Source of the DNA: Candidatus Woesearchaeota archaeon
GTDB taxonomy: Archaea; Nanobdellota; Nanobdellia; SCGC-AAA011-G17; GW2011-AR17
Assembly: GCA_017608525.1 (NCBI GenBank)
Contig: JAFCFS010000001.1
Span: 1,934-65,933, forward strand
Reading direction: 5' to 3'
Length of the DNA: 64,000 bases
The notes under the pieces were generated by a model, which saw nothing but the letters and a program-made list of their open reading frames with translations, searched no databases and had not been told where the DNA came from. Below are positions 1 through 8,729 of this stretch, piece after piece. Both the position numbers and the translations under genes were made by a program. Positions within the stretch are counted from its first letter, which is position 1. The number at the start of each line of letters is the position of its first letter.

Positions 1-361
1 CTATTGAAGTTCCAGATGACATGCTCCTTATATAAACCCCATCATCAAAAATATGATCCATCATCCTGATCCTGTCCCCAAGAATTGCTCCACCTGTAAA
101 TTGACTTGATGGATCGATTGCTATCACTCCAACTTTATTCCCCTCTTTCCGAAATTCCTTTATTACACAATTTATTAATGTACTCTTCCCGCTCCCTCCA
201 CTTCCTGTAAAGCCTATAATGTGAGATTCAATTTCTTTTCCTTTCTTTTTAAGCAGCTTGAGCAATTTTTTAGCCTGCCCTCTTTCAACATAAGTTATTG
301 CTCTTGCAATTGATTTTTTGTCAGCAGAAATAACACCATCGACAATTTCTTCGATTTTCAT
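1..361 (-). CDS. MeaB/ArgK-type P-loop GTPase (LAO/AO transport system ATPase family), N-terminal part; gene continues beyond window start
   Basis: Reverse-strand ATG at 361-359. Translation MKIEEIVDGVISADKKSIARAITYVERGQAKKLLKLL...GFTGSGGSGKSTLINCVIKEF...VIAIDPSSQFTGGAILGDRIRMM matches the MeaB/ArgK Walker A and DPSS-x-TGGxxLGD signature. No stop before coordinate 1. Confidence 0.6.
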   Translation of the reverse strand, partial: MKIEEIVDGVISADKKSIARAITYVERGQAKKLLKLLKKKGKEIESHIIGFTGSGGSGKSTLINCVIKEFRKEGNKVGVIAIDPSSQFTGGAILGDRIRMMDHIFDDGVYIRSMSSGTSI

Positions 362-435
362 AAAAGTTTTTGTAATCTAAAAATTTTTAAAATTATCGCA
401 AAATTTTTAAAAAATTAAGAAAGTTAAAAGCCAAT

Positions 436-1140
436 ATGTTACATGAGATTGTTTTAAAAATTGAAGAAGAAAACGGATTTTATGTTGATGAAAAATGCTA
501 TTCCATTGTAGAAGAATTTATTGAAGAAGCAAAAAAATTTCCTAGAGATAAAATACTAATAGGAATGCATTATTTAATCCATTCAAAATTCAATTTTTCA
601 CTAGATACCAAAATCGAGCTTTTTAGCGAGTGTCTCAGGAAAAGGAAATTTAATTGCAAACATAGCAGTTTACTTTACTTAGTTATTGCTGAAAAATTTA
701 ACTTACCAATCAAGAGTGTTTTTGTACCAAATCACGTTTTTGTCAGGTGGGAAGGTTCTTCGGTATTTAATTGGGAAACAACAAAAGGTGAAAAAAGAGA
801 CAATAAATATTACATAAAAAAATATAATATATCTAAAAACGCGATCAAAAATAGTGTGTATTTAAAAAGTCTAGAAGGAAAGGAGTTTATTTCTGCATTT
901 TATAATGTTGTTGGTATTCAAAACACTAAAATGAAAGAGTTTGAAAAGGCAAAGGAAAATTTTCAAAAAGCAATAGAATTGGTAAATAATTTTCCTGAAG
1001 CTTTATGGAATTATGCTTTGGCATCTAAGTATCTTGGTTGTTTTGATGAGGCTAAAGAAAAATTAGAATTCCTAATTAGCCTTGACACTCACTTAACAAA
1101 TCCAGCGAAAGAATTGCTTAAAAAATTAAAAAATAACTAG
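436..1140 (+). CDS. transglutaminase-like cysteine-protease-fold domain fused to TPR-like repeats; hypothetical
   Basis: Cys (NCKHSSLLYLVIAEKFNLP) then HVFVRWE, resembling a transglutaminase-like Cys/His core. The C-terminal half has TPR-like helices (EFEKAKENFQKAIEL, WNYALASKYLG). Confidence 0.45.
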   Translation: MLHEIVLKIEEENGFYVDEKCYSIVEEFIEEAKKFPRDKILIGMHYLIHSKFNFSLDTKIELFSECLRKRKFNCKHSSLLYLVIAEKFNLPIKSVFVPNHVFVRWEGSSVFNWETTKGEKRDNKYYIKKYNISKNAIKNSVYLKSLEGKEFISAFYNVVGIQNTKMKEFEKAKENFQKAIELVNNFPEALWNYALASKYLGCFDEAKEKLEFLISLDTHLTNPAKELLKKLKNN

Positions 1141-1646
1141 TCCCTTTTATATAGATGTGCATCCGATATTTCTTCAATTTTATGAACAAATGGTTGGATA
1201 AAAATTGCTCCTGCTGCAAAATTAACAAATGCCAATACATTTAAATTAAGCAGAGTTATTGCAATAATTGGCGGAAAGAATAAAAGAACTTCTATAAACA
1301 AAGATCTAAATTTTTTAAAGTTTGTTCCGTATTGAAGACCGTAAATAAATATAAAAGTAGAAGCCAATAGTGTAAAATCTAAAGAATGCCTTAAAAGAAG
1401 CATTAGTACACCAAAATATAAATACTCTTTTCTTATTGCATAACCAATTAACATGCCAATTATAAAAAAGGTATAGTTTGGGAGACTAACGTAAAGCATA
1501 AATAGGCCAAGAAATATGCATATGAAGTTTTTAAGAGCTAAGAAATATTTTTTTCCAGGCTCCATTTCTTCTTTACATATTTTTGAAAGAAAAAATCCTA
1601 CAAAAATTCCTAAAAATGCAACAAGTGGAACCAATATTTCTAGCAT
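1137..1646 (-). CDS. polytopic membrane protein, unknown function
   Basis: 169-aa ORF made almost entirely of hydrophobic segments, roughly 5 predicted TM helices. Confidence 0.4.
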   Translation of the reverse strand: MLEILVPLVAFLGIFVGFFLSKICKEEMEPGKKYFLALKNFICIFLGLFMLYVSLPNYTFFIIGMLIGYAIRKEYLYFGVLMLLLRHSLDFTLLASTFIFIYGLQYGTNFKKFRSLFIEVLLFFPPIIAITLLNLNVLAFVNFAAGAIFIQPFVHKIEEISDAHLYKRD

Positions 1647-1690
1647 ATTTTAATTTAATACTTTCTAATTTTATAATTTTTTGGAGAAAA

Positions 1691-1773
1691 GCCGACTGAG
1701 CTCAGAAACTGGAATTCCATAGGAATTCCGTGTCAGTGTCATTACAACACTGACGTTTCTGAGTTGCTCCGGC
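1691..1773. ncRNA. candidate structured RNA element: GC-rich three-way-junction hairpin in a divergent intergenic region
   Basis: GCCG-A-CTGAGCTCAGAAAC ... GTTTCTGAG-TT-GCTC-CGGC closes a long stem around two internal perfect hairpins (GGAATTCC-ATA-GGAATTCC and GTCAGTGT-CATTACA-ACACTGAC). It is much more GC-rich than the flanking AT-rich spacer. Confidence 0.3.
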
Positions 1774-2035
1774 TTATTTAATAGTAAATTTTAAACTTTA
1801 AATAGTTTACGTTAATTGGATTTCAAAAAAATTATATATTAAAAACTATTTTGTTTTAGTATGGAAGAAAACCCCTTAGTCAAATTGATGTTGGAAAAGG
1901 CAAAGAAAAAAGAGATTGCAAAACCATTTAACGTAAATAAGTACGAAAATGAAGAAAGAATAAAAGAATTTACTGAGAAGATAATAAGGGGGAAAAAAGA
2001 TAAAGTTTAAAAAAGAGAGCATTTTTCCCCTCCCT

Positions 2036-2341
2036 ATGAGCTCGCTAAAAAAGAAATTCGATTTGGCATTGAAGATAGTTAATGGTGAAATTGAAGACAA
2101 GGATTTTGCATTAGAAGAGTGTGTTAATTCTATAAAAAAGATTATTGAAGCTTGTGGAGATAAAGATTTAACAGTAAGATGCTGTTTTGAAAGCTGGAAA
2201 GAAGGCGGAAAAACATGGATTAAATGCGACAGCTATTGTGCTCCTGAAGATGAATTCAAAAAGATATGTAAAGAATGCTATAAAAAAATTGTTAAAGAAT
2301 TTCCGAAGATAGAGGAAGCCTATTTAAAATTGAAAAGATGA
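2036..2341 (+). CDS. small Cys-rich hypothetical protein
   Basis: 101-aa ORF with several Cys pairs (CGDKDL..RCCFESW..CDSYC..CKECY), suggesting a metal-binding small protein. Confidence 0.35.
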   Translation: MSSLKKKFDLALKIVNGEIEDKDFALEECVNSIKKIIEACGDKDLTVRCCFESWKEGGKTWIKCDSYCAPEDEFKKICKECYKKIVKEFPKIEEAYLKLKR

Positions 2342-3058
2342 TCCTCTAGATCTTGGAATTATTCCAGCTTTTTCCAATCTGGATTTAACATTGCCATAAA
2401 ATACTAGTTCTTCAATTTCAAAATTAGCAAAATCTTCTCTTATATTTTTTAGTTTATTTCTTAAATCTTCCAAATTTTTTTCGCTTGAGAAAGATACCAT
2501 AACTGCTGGATGACACGAAACATTGTATTTAGATAAATTTTCTAAAGCCCTCAGTTGGTAATTGAATGCTTCTGGCTTTGCACCAGTTAATTTGGAAAAT
2601 TCTTCTTTATTTGCGCCTTTAAGGGAAACCCTAACATGAAGATTCTCAAATTCGCTCAATCTTTTAGCAAATTTTTTATCATAACCTATCAAGATTCCGT
2701 TGGTTTCCAGAATAAATGTTTTCTTCATGTTTTTTAAGTTCTCCAATAATTTAATTAAATGCTCATCTCCCAATGTTGGTTCATTTCCAGACACCCTCAT
2801 ATTTTCGAAAGAATATTTTTTAGCAATTGATACCAGCCTTTTGGCAATTTCCTTAGGTGAATAAAATTTTCCATACTTTTTTGGATTATGGACAACATTC
2901 CATGCCCAACAAAATATGCAAGATAAGTTGCATCCAACAACGTCAGCTGTAGCTATTCCTCCATAAAATCTTGCAGGTCTTATCCTATAGTATTTCCTTT
3001 TTTCCCCTTCACAAACTATCTTTTTAATTTTTCTTGTTATTTCTATTGGATCAAACAT
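2324..3058 (-). CDS. radical SAM domain protein (QueE/activase-like small radical SAM enzyme)
   Basis: N-terminal CNLSCIFCW (Cx3Cx2C followed by an aromatic residue) after GGIATADVVGCNL, typical of radical SAM 4Fe-4S ligation. Length about 244 aa. Confidence 0.6.
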   Translation of the reverse strand: MFDPIEITRKIKKIVCEGEKRKYYRIRPARFYGGIATADVVGCNLSCIFCWAWNVVHNPKKYGKFYSPKEIAKRLVSIAKKYSFENMRVSGNEPTLGDEHLIKLLENLKNMKKTFILETNGILIGYDKKFAKRLSEFENLHVRVSLKGANKEEFSKLTGAKPEAFNYQLRALENLSKYNVSCHPAVMVSFSSEKNLEDLRNKLKNIREDFANFEIEELVFYGNVKSRLEKAGIIPRSRGSSFQF

Positions 3059-3113
3059 TTTTAAGATAAAATGAATTTTATATTATCTTTGCTGAAAAAA
3101 AATTTGATTTAAG

Positions 3114-3184
3114 TGCAGTAGCCGGGATTCGAACCCGGATTACAGGCTTGGGAAGCCTGTGTCCTGCCGTTGGACGACTACTGC
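3114..3184 (-). tRNA. tRNA-Gly(CCC)
   Basis: The reverse complement folds as a 71-nt cloverleaf: acceptor GCAGTAG/CTACTGC, D-arm GTCC-AACGGCA-GGAC, anticodon arm CAGGC-TTCCCAA-GCCTG (anticodon CCC), T-arm CCGGG-TTCGAAT-CCCGG. Confidence 0.85.
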
Positions 3185-3185
3185 A

Positions 3186-3494
3186 CTATTCCTTTAGTTT
3201 TTCTTTTAATTTTTTTCTGCTTTCCGCCTCTATTCTTCTTTTAGTATCTTCTTCCAAAACTTTCCTAATCAATCCGCTTATATCTCGAACTTTTTTCTCA
3301 TTTCCCAATTTTTTATAGCAGTCTTTCATTCGCATCAATGCTGCATAATTTTTAGGAAAGCTTTCTTTGTATAATTCATAAGCTGCTTTAGCCCTCTCAG
3401 CTGCATCTTCAAACCTATTTTTATCAAATAGCTCCTTAGATTCGTTCATATAGTGTTCGAACAATTTTTCTTTGTCTTTATTGTCTTTCTCCAT
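3186..3494 (-). CDS. small helical (TPR-like) hypothetical protein
   Basis: ORF ending immediately upstream of tRNA-Gly. The start is uncertain (M at 3527 or 3494). Contains AAERAKAAYELYKESFPKNYAALMRMKDCYKKLG helical repeat-like segments. Confidence 0.3.
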   Translation of the reverse strand: MEKDNKDKEKLFEHYMNESKELFDKNRFEDAAERAKAAYELYKESFPKNYAALMRMKDCYKKLGNEKKVRDISGLIRKVLEEDTKRRIEAESRKKLKEKLKE

Positions 3495-4245
3495 TTTCCC
3501 ACATTTGTTCGAATATTTGTTGTACATTGTATGCTAATCTTTTATCTTCTATAAATATTACGCCTCCAAACAAAATTGGATCCTCATAAGATAACTTTAA
3601 TAAAACTTTTTTTCTATCAATGATATCACATCTAATAAATGCTGTGTCCAATCTTCTTACTTGAAACAATTTTGGATATTTTTTGTTAAGCTTACTTAAT
3701 TTTCTAGGCAATATTGTATTTCTTGGATAAATTGCCCTAAAAACAACGCCCCTCTCAACTGCATTTTCTATTTCTTTTTCCCAAATAGTTTTACTTTTCC
3801 TATTTATTGTTGGCTTGTGGAAAATGTTTAAGACTTGGCATACTTCTTTTTCGGCTTCAAGAAATGATCTAAGTTGTATTTTTTCATTTTCTTCAAGGGT
3901 TGTGCCAATTTGAAAAAATCGAGTTTGCTTCTCTTTCTTAACCCTATCAATTTCGGTTGCTACCATCTTTATCTCAGAAATTATTTTTTCATATTCTTTC
4001 TGTTTCTCATTTATTAATTTAGCCAATGTTTCCGAAGCATTTCTTACAAAAACTTTTTTCGGCCTAGAATCGGTTTCTTGAACGAGTCCTTTTTTAACCA
4101 ATGCATTGACAATAGAGTAAACTTTTCCAAATGGAATCCCAGCTTTTTTGCTTAACTGTTTTAACGTAATCTCCTCTCTTAAAATAGTATTTAATGCTTT
4201 GCTTTCATAATACGTTAATCCTAAGTTTTTTAGTTCTTCTATCAT
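3478..4245 (-). CDS. TrmB-family transcriptional regulator
   Basis: N-terminal winged HTH (LGLTYYESKALNTILREEITLKQLSKKAGIPFGKVYSIVNALVKKGLV) typical of archaeal TrmB regulators, plus a C-terminal sensor-like domain. Divergently oriented to 4314-6096. Confidence 0.65.
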   Translation of the reverse strand: MIEELKNLGLTYYESKALNTILREEITLKQLSKKAGIPFGKVYSIVNALVKKGLVQETDSRPKKVFVRNASETLAKLINEKQKEYEKIISEIKMVATEIDRVKKEKQTRFFQIGTTLEENEKIQLRSFLEAEKEVCQVLNIFHKPTINRKSKTIWEKEIENAVERGVVFRAIYPRNTILPRKLSKLNKKYPKLFQVRRLDTAFIRCDIIDRKKVLLKLSYEDPILFGGVIFIEDKRLAYNVQQIFEQMWENGERQ

Positions 4246-4313
4246 TTTTCACCCTAAGTGAGAGTTAAAGTATAGAAAATATTTATAAAATTATCGCAAA
4301 TTGTTTAATTAAA

Positions 4314-4697
4314 ATGGCAACGAAAAATTCAACTTTTTATGTTGAACTGCTTTATTCTTATGATGGAATACCATTAGGAAAGGGGCATAAAAAAATAAAG
4401 AAATTATACAACGGAGGCGATTTAGTTACTAAAATTTTAAATTATTTCGGCGTAAATTTTTCAATCCAGCTTGCTTCAGATTTTTATTACAGAGAACCAA
4501 TTCTTCAATGTGTAAAAAAGGCGGACAAAAATGGAAAAGTTTACACTATCTACTCTAGGTATTCAGATTCGTATCCGTATACAATTGACGGATATGAAGT
4601 AATAGAATATTTAGAGATTTTTGGGGTTATTCCGTGCTCACCCGAAGAAGCAAAAAAATTACTAAATGGTGAAAGTAAAAATGGAAAAAACCAATAA
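4314..4697 (+). CDS. hypothetical protein
   Basis: 127-aa ORF, first gene of a two-gene unit divergent from the TrmB regulator. No recognisable motif. Confidence 0.35.
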   Translation: MATKNSTFYVELLYSYDGIPLGKGHKKIKKLYNGGDLVTKILNYFGVNFSIQLASDFYYREPILQCVKKADKNGKVYTIYSRYSDSYPYTIDGYEVIEYLEIFGVIPCSPEEAKKLLNGESKNGKNQ

Positions 4698-6096
4698 AGA
4701 TCCTTTGGAGATTGTCATTAAAAATCTTATAGAAAGTAATTACGGAACATATGAGCCCCAAAATTCTGAATTATGGCTAAAAATAGTTGGCCAAAATTGG
4801 AATGAAGCTAAAAAACATATAGCAAAAATGCTTTATGATGGGAAGGAAGTTTTTTGCATAAGTAAAATTCTTAAAAATCTCAAAAGAAAAATGAATTGTT
4901 GCTTTGACGAATCTGAAATGAGAGAAATTTACAATCACCTAATTCAAAAAAATGAAATTAATAAAGTTTCGTGGCTTTCTGAATACACTGAAATAAAACC
5001 TTCAGAAAGCCAATTAATGAATATTTGGAAAAAATTTTTTTCAGGATATTGGAATATTTACGAGCTGGAAGAATTGGAAAAGATATTTGGAAAACCAAAG
5101 CTAAGTCAAAAAGATGTAGATGAAATATGCAGCAAATACCTTAGAATATGGCTTGGTAAAGAAAAAACAGATACGGGAATGATGATTCAACCAAAGCAAG
5201 TTAAAAAGTTTATCGAAGAGGTTGGAATAAAACCTAGATGGGACAAAAAAACTGCTGAATTGGTCTACGATAGATGGTTAAGTCATGAAAATCTTATACT
5301 TTTCCTTCAAGAAGAAATTGGCATAAAACCGAATGAGGAAAAGGTACAAGAATACTACAGAAAATTACTTTCAGAAGATATAAGTACAGAATATATTATA
5401 GAAAAGTTAATAAAAGCCGTAAATGTAACAGGGATAATACCAAAAGAAGAATTCGTCGAAAATTTTTATAGAAAACATTTGGGTTATTCGAATGTAGAAG
5501 AAATCAAAAAAGTAGAAAAATTGACCAAAATAAAATGTGATGAAAAAATAGTAAATTTAGTATATTTAAAATTGCTGAAAAAGGGCGATATTGGAGGAAT
5601 TAATTTATTAAGAAATAAAACAAAAATAAAACCAAAATTTTTAGAGAAAGAGGTACAAGTTATTTACGAAAACTTGTTAAGAAATGGCGAAGTTAGAAAA
5701 GCGCTGCATGTTTATTTGTTTACAGAGATAGAACCAAATATCCTAAAAGAAATTGTTATTAAAGCATGCAATCAATTGTTGGTCAAAAAAGTTGATTTTG
5801 AAAATATAGAGCTTTTGGATTGGCTTTTAACGTACTTTGAAGAAGAAGTTACACCATTGCTCCAAGAACACATTTCAAAACTTATTGCCAATGAAAAGTT
5901 TCAAACAGCCGAATATTTGATTTCTAAACTGAATTTTAGATTAAAACCAGAAGAAAAATATGTAGTGCTTTGTAGAAAAGGAGAATGGGAAAAGGCAAAA
6001 AAACTTTACGAAGAATACAAGGATAAAATAAAAACAAAATACCCAGATTATGCAGGCTTAATGGATTTAATCGAGAAGACAGATAAATTTATTTAA
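4681..6096 (+). CDS. helical-repeat protein with ~9 tandem ~34-aa repeats beginning G/K-I-K-P
   Basis: Repeats such as GIKPRWDKKTAELVYDRWL, GIKPNEEKVQEYYRKLL, GIIPKEEFVENFYRKHL, KIKCDEKIVNLVYLKLL, KIKPKFLEKEVQVIYENLL and IEPNILKEIVIKACNQLL, with a TPR/PPR-like period. The start is taken at the internal Met (MEKTNK) to limit overlap. Confidence 0.5.
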   Translation: MEKTNKDPLEIVIKNLIESNYGTYEPQNSELWLKIVGQNWNEAKKHIAKMLYDGKEVFCISKILKNLKRKMNCCFDESEMREIYNHLIQKNEINKVSWLSEYTEIKPSESQLMNIWKKFFSGYWNIYELEELEKIFGKPKLSQKDVDEICSKYLRIWLGKEKTDTGMMIQPKQVKKFIEEVGIKPRWDKKTAELVYDRWLSHENLILFLQEEIGIKPNEEKVQEYYRKLLSEDISTEYIIEKLIKAVNVTGIIPKEEFVENFYRKHLGYSNVEEIKKVEKLTKIKCDEKIVNLVYLKLLKKGDIGGINLLRNKTKIKPKFLEKEVQVIYENLLRNGEVRKALHVYLFTEIEPNILKEIVIKACNQLLVKKVDFENIELLDWLLTYFEEEVTPLLQEHISKLIANEKFQTAEYLISKLNFRLKPEEKYVVLCRKGEWEKAKKLYEEYKDKIKTKYPDYAGLMDLIEKTDKFI

Positions 6097-6120
6097 ACTA
6101 AAGTTCTTATTAATTATGAA

Positions 6121-7398
6121 ATGGAGTTGCTATTGCCAAAAGGTACTAGAGATTTTAAGTTTAATGAAGAGATATTAAGGCAAAGAATAATAGCAACAAT
6201 AAAAAAGATTTTCGAACTCCATGGCTTTCTTCCTTTAGAAACGCCTATTTTAGAAAGGTTCGAAATATTAAAGGCAAAATATGCTGGTGGAGCAGAAATA
6301 CTCAAAGAGGTGTTTAAACTAAGAGACCAAGGAGGAAGAATTCTTGGTTTGAGGTATGATCTAACAGTGCCATTAGCTAGATTTATTGCAATTAATCCCA
6401 CTGTCAAGCTTCCTTTCAAAAGGTATCAATTTGGTCCTGTTTTTAGAGACGGGCCTATAAGAACAGGAAGGTACAGACAATTTTATCAGTTTGATGGAGA
6501 CATAATTGGTGTAAAAAATATTTTGGCAGAGGTTGAATTAATCAATATTGTAAAAGAAGTTTTCAAAACCCTTGGTATTGATGTTGTAGTAAAAGTGAAC
6601 AATAGAAAACTGCTCAGCTCGATTCTGAAATACAGTGGTGTGAAGGAAAAATACATTGAAAAAACGATTCTGGCTGTTGATAAGTTGGAGAAAATTGGAA
6701 AAAAAGGTGTTGAAAAAGAATTAAAAGCTATAGGTTTAGAAAACAGAGTAATAAAAAAATTATTTTGGTTTTTAAATAAAAAAGGGAAAGATTTAATTCG
6801 AATTCTTAAAGATTTAATGCCTGAAAATGAAGGACTAAAAGAAATTGACAGTTTGTTTAAGTACATAAAAGAAAAAGATGTCATATTTGATGCTTCTTTA
6901 GCAAGAGGTCTTGTTTATTACACAGGAACAATTTTTGAGGTGTTTGATAAGGAAGGTAGAATTAAAAGCAGTTTGGCAGCTGGTGGAAGATATGACGAAA
7001 TGATTGGAAAATTTGTACAAAAGAATATGGAATTCCCTGCTGTTGGCGTTTCTTTTGGGATTGATGTAATATTTGATTTGCTTAGGAAAAATTTACCAAA
7101 ATTAAGCATTGATGTTTTAGTTATACCAATAAAAGAGTATAAAGAAGCTTTAGAAATTGCAAAAAAATTGAGAAAAAATGGCATCAATACAGACTTTGCG
7201 CTTTCTGAAAGAAGTTTAAGCAAAAATTTGGAGTATGCAAATTCGTTAGGAATCCCTTACGTTATATTTGTCGGAAAGAAAGAACTTGAAAAAGGGAAGA
7301 TTAAATTAAAAAATATGCTTGATGGGGAAGAAAGGTTGATCACTTTGGAGAAAGCAATTAATATCTTAAAAAAGAATCGAAATATTTCTGGATCATAA
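6121..7398 (+). CDS. hisS: histidyl-tRNA synthetase
   Basis: Class II HisRS motifs: LPKGTRDF, GLRYDLTVPLAR, RYQFGPVFRDGPIRTGRYRQFYQFDGDIIG, AAGGRYD. Followed by a C-terminal anticodon-binding domain. Confidence 0.9.
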   Translation: MELLLPKGTRDFKFNEEILRQRIIATIKKIFELHGFLPLETPILERFEILKAKYAGGAEILKEVFKLRDQGGRILGLRYDLTVPLARFIAINPTVKLPFKRYQFGPVFRDGPIRTGRYRQFYQFDGDIIGVKNILAEVELINIVKEVFKTLGIDVVVKVNNRKLLSSILKYSGVKEKYIEKTILAVDKLEKIGKKGVEKELKAIGLENRVIKKLFWFLNKKGKDLIRILKDLMPENEGLKEIDSLFKYIKEKDVIFDASLARGLVYYTGTIFEVFDKEGRIKSSLAAGGRYDEMIGKFVQKNMEFPAVGVSFGIDVIFDLLRKNLPKLSIDVLVIPIKEYKEALEIAKKLRKNGINTDFALSERSLSKNLEYANSLGIPYVIFVGKKELEKGKIKLKNMLDGEERLITLEKAINILKKNRNISGS

Positions 7399-7436
7399 GG
7401 AAGAAAACATATTAAAAATATTTCTTTATCTTTCTC

Positions 7437-7445
7437 AGGAGGTGG
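7437..7445 (+). promoter_or_regulatory. Shine-Dalgarno-like ribosome-binding site (AGGAGGTGG) 6 nt upstream of TTG start at 7452
   Basis: Seen directly in the sequence. Confidence 0.5.
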
Positions 7446-7451
7446 ACAAAC

Positions 7452-7799
7452 TTGAAAAAGGGCTGTAAAGTTCTATCTTTTTTTGTTGCATGTAGTATAG
7501 CTATGGGTTTAGGAGACAAATTTGATGTACTAGATAAAATGTATTATCCAGTAAAATACAGAAAAATTAAGGTCGACAAAGATTGCTACCAAGAGCCTTT
7601 TAAAATAAAAAAGAAATACCTTGTGAATAAAGATGGTTTTCTCGAGGTTTATATTGGGGACGGAAAAAATTTTTACAAAGTTAAGAAGGGGTTTAGAGTA
7701 AATGAAAGGAGTTTTGAAGAGATTCTAAAAGAGGAAATAAAAAAGATTGTGAAGAAAGGAAAGAGCTGGTACAAATTTATCGAAGAGATTCTTGATTAG
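7452..7799 (+). CDS. small exported/lipoprotein-like hypothetical protein
   Basis: TTG start with a strong RBS. N-terminal hydrophobic signal-like segment with Cys (LSFFVACSIAMG). Confidence 0.4.
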   Translation: MKKGCKVLSFFVACSIAMGLGDKFDVLDKMYYPVKYRKIKVDKDCYQEPFKIKKKYLVNKDGFLEVYIGDGKNFYKVKKGFRVNERSFEEILKEEIKKIVKKGKSWYKFIEEILD

Positions 7800-7804
7800 G
7801 AGGT
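7798..7804 (+). promoter_or_regulatory. Shine-Dalgarno-like RBS (AGGAGGT) 4 nt upstream of ATG 7809
   Basis: Seen directly in the sequence. Confidence 0.5.
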
Positions 7805-7808
7805 AAAT

Positions 7809-8729
7809 ATGGGAAACATAATTGAGGAAACACTTTTATTTGACAAAGAAAACGAGCCTAATTATATAAAATTGAGAAAACAGGTAGAAAATTTAATAAT
7901 CTACCAAAGACAAATCGAAAAGAGAATCAAAAAGATAGGAAAATGGAGCACGGGTTTTAGGTTCAAAAAATTTGTTTACGAAAAAATTTTTAGGAGAAAA
8001 CAGTATACTCTTGAAGAATTGTTTAATATACAATTGGCAAATATAGGCTGTCTTAATGCTAATCTAAAAAGTATAATTTTGAGGTCAAGGAAGGAATTGG
8101 AAAGGATAGAGAAGTATCATTCTAAACTAGATGATGAATTAATATCAAATTTAAGAAACGTAAAGACTGAGAAAAATAATTTGGAAAGCAAAATCAACGA
8201 TTACAAAGTTATGAAAGAATCTATTTCGGCAATGAAAAGGAATGAGGATTACTTTAAAAAAGAAAAGGAGTTAAAAAATTTAAAAAGAAACATCAGCGAA
8301 AAACTTCATTACTACAATTTAAAAAGTGAATCTATAGTGGACATAATAAATGAAAGAAGATTCTTGGAAAAAATTGAAGACCTAATGAGGCTCTCTATCC
8401 AAATGTGTGAAAGAATTGGTGCTAAAGTAGAAAGAATGGAAAGGCATGTAAATAATACAAAAAGAGCATATGATTCCTTTAAAAAACAGCAGATAACAAT
8501 TTCTTCCTTATGTGAAGCTGTTTATACATTGAGAGAGTTTACCATCCAAATACACAAAATGCTTGGAGAAGGCCTTTCAACTATAGCTAAAATTGCAAAC
8601 GAGAGCAAAATGGAAGATTTTTATTCTATTAATGAATCGAGGGTTGAAAATATAATTAAAGAAATAATTGAAGCGAACAAAGTTAAAAATAAAAAAATTG
8701 AAGAAGCAATTAAGGAGTATATTACTTAA
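7809..8729 (+). CDS. coiled-coil hypothetical protein
   Basis: 306-aa Lys/Glu-rich heptad-like sequence. Translationally coupled to 7452-7799. Confidence 0.45.
   Translation: MGNIIEETLLFDKENEPNYIKLRKQVENLIIYQRQIEKRIKKIGKWSTGFRFKKFVYEKIFRRKQYTLEELFNIQLANIGCLNANLKSIILRSRKELERIEKYHSKLDDELISNLRNVKTEKNNLESKINDYKVMKESISAMKRNEDYFKKEKELKNLKRNISEKLHYYNLKSESIVDIINERRFLEKIEDLMRLSIQMCERIGAKVERMERHVNNTKRAYDSFKKQQITISSLCEAVYTLREFTIQIHKMLGEGLSTIAKIANESKMEDFYSINESRVENIIKEIIEANKVKNKKIEEAIKEYIT

Noticed and set aside
1691-1773. GC-rich hairpin element considered as a sixth tRNA
   Set aside because: It shows no cloverleaf, T-loop (TTCRAAT) or D-loop GG. It is kept only as a candidate structured element.
6114-7223. 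Antisense ORFs inside hisS (6114-6419, 6486-6884, 6918-7223) and many similar antisense or nested ORFs across the window (e.g. 8789-9010, 10331-10608, 11968-12687, 13870-14295, 18486-19454, 19927-20456, 28071-28373, 28677-29066, 34228-34939, 52008-52651, 56958-57882, 59302-60220)
   Set aside because: They lie opposite well-supported genes and translate to Phe/Leu/Ser-rich low-complexity strings, as expected for the reverse complement of Lys/Glu/Ile-rich coding sequence in an AT-rich genome.
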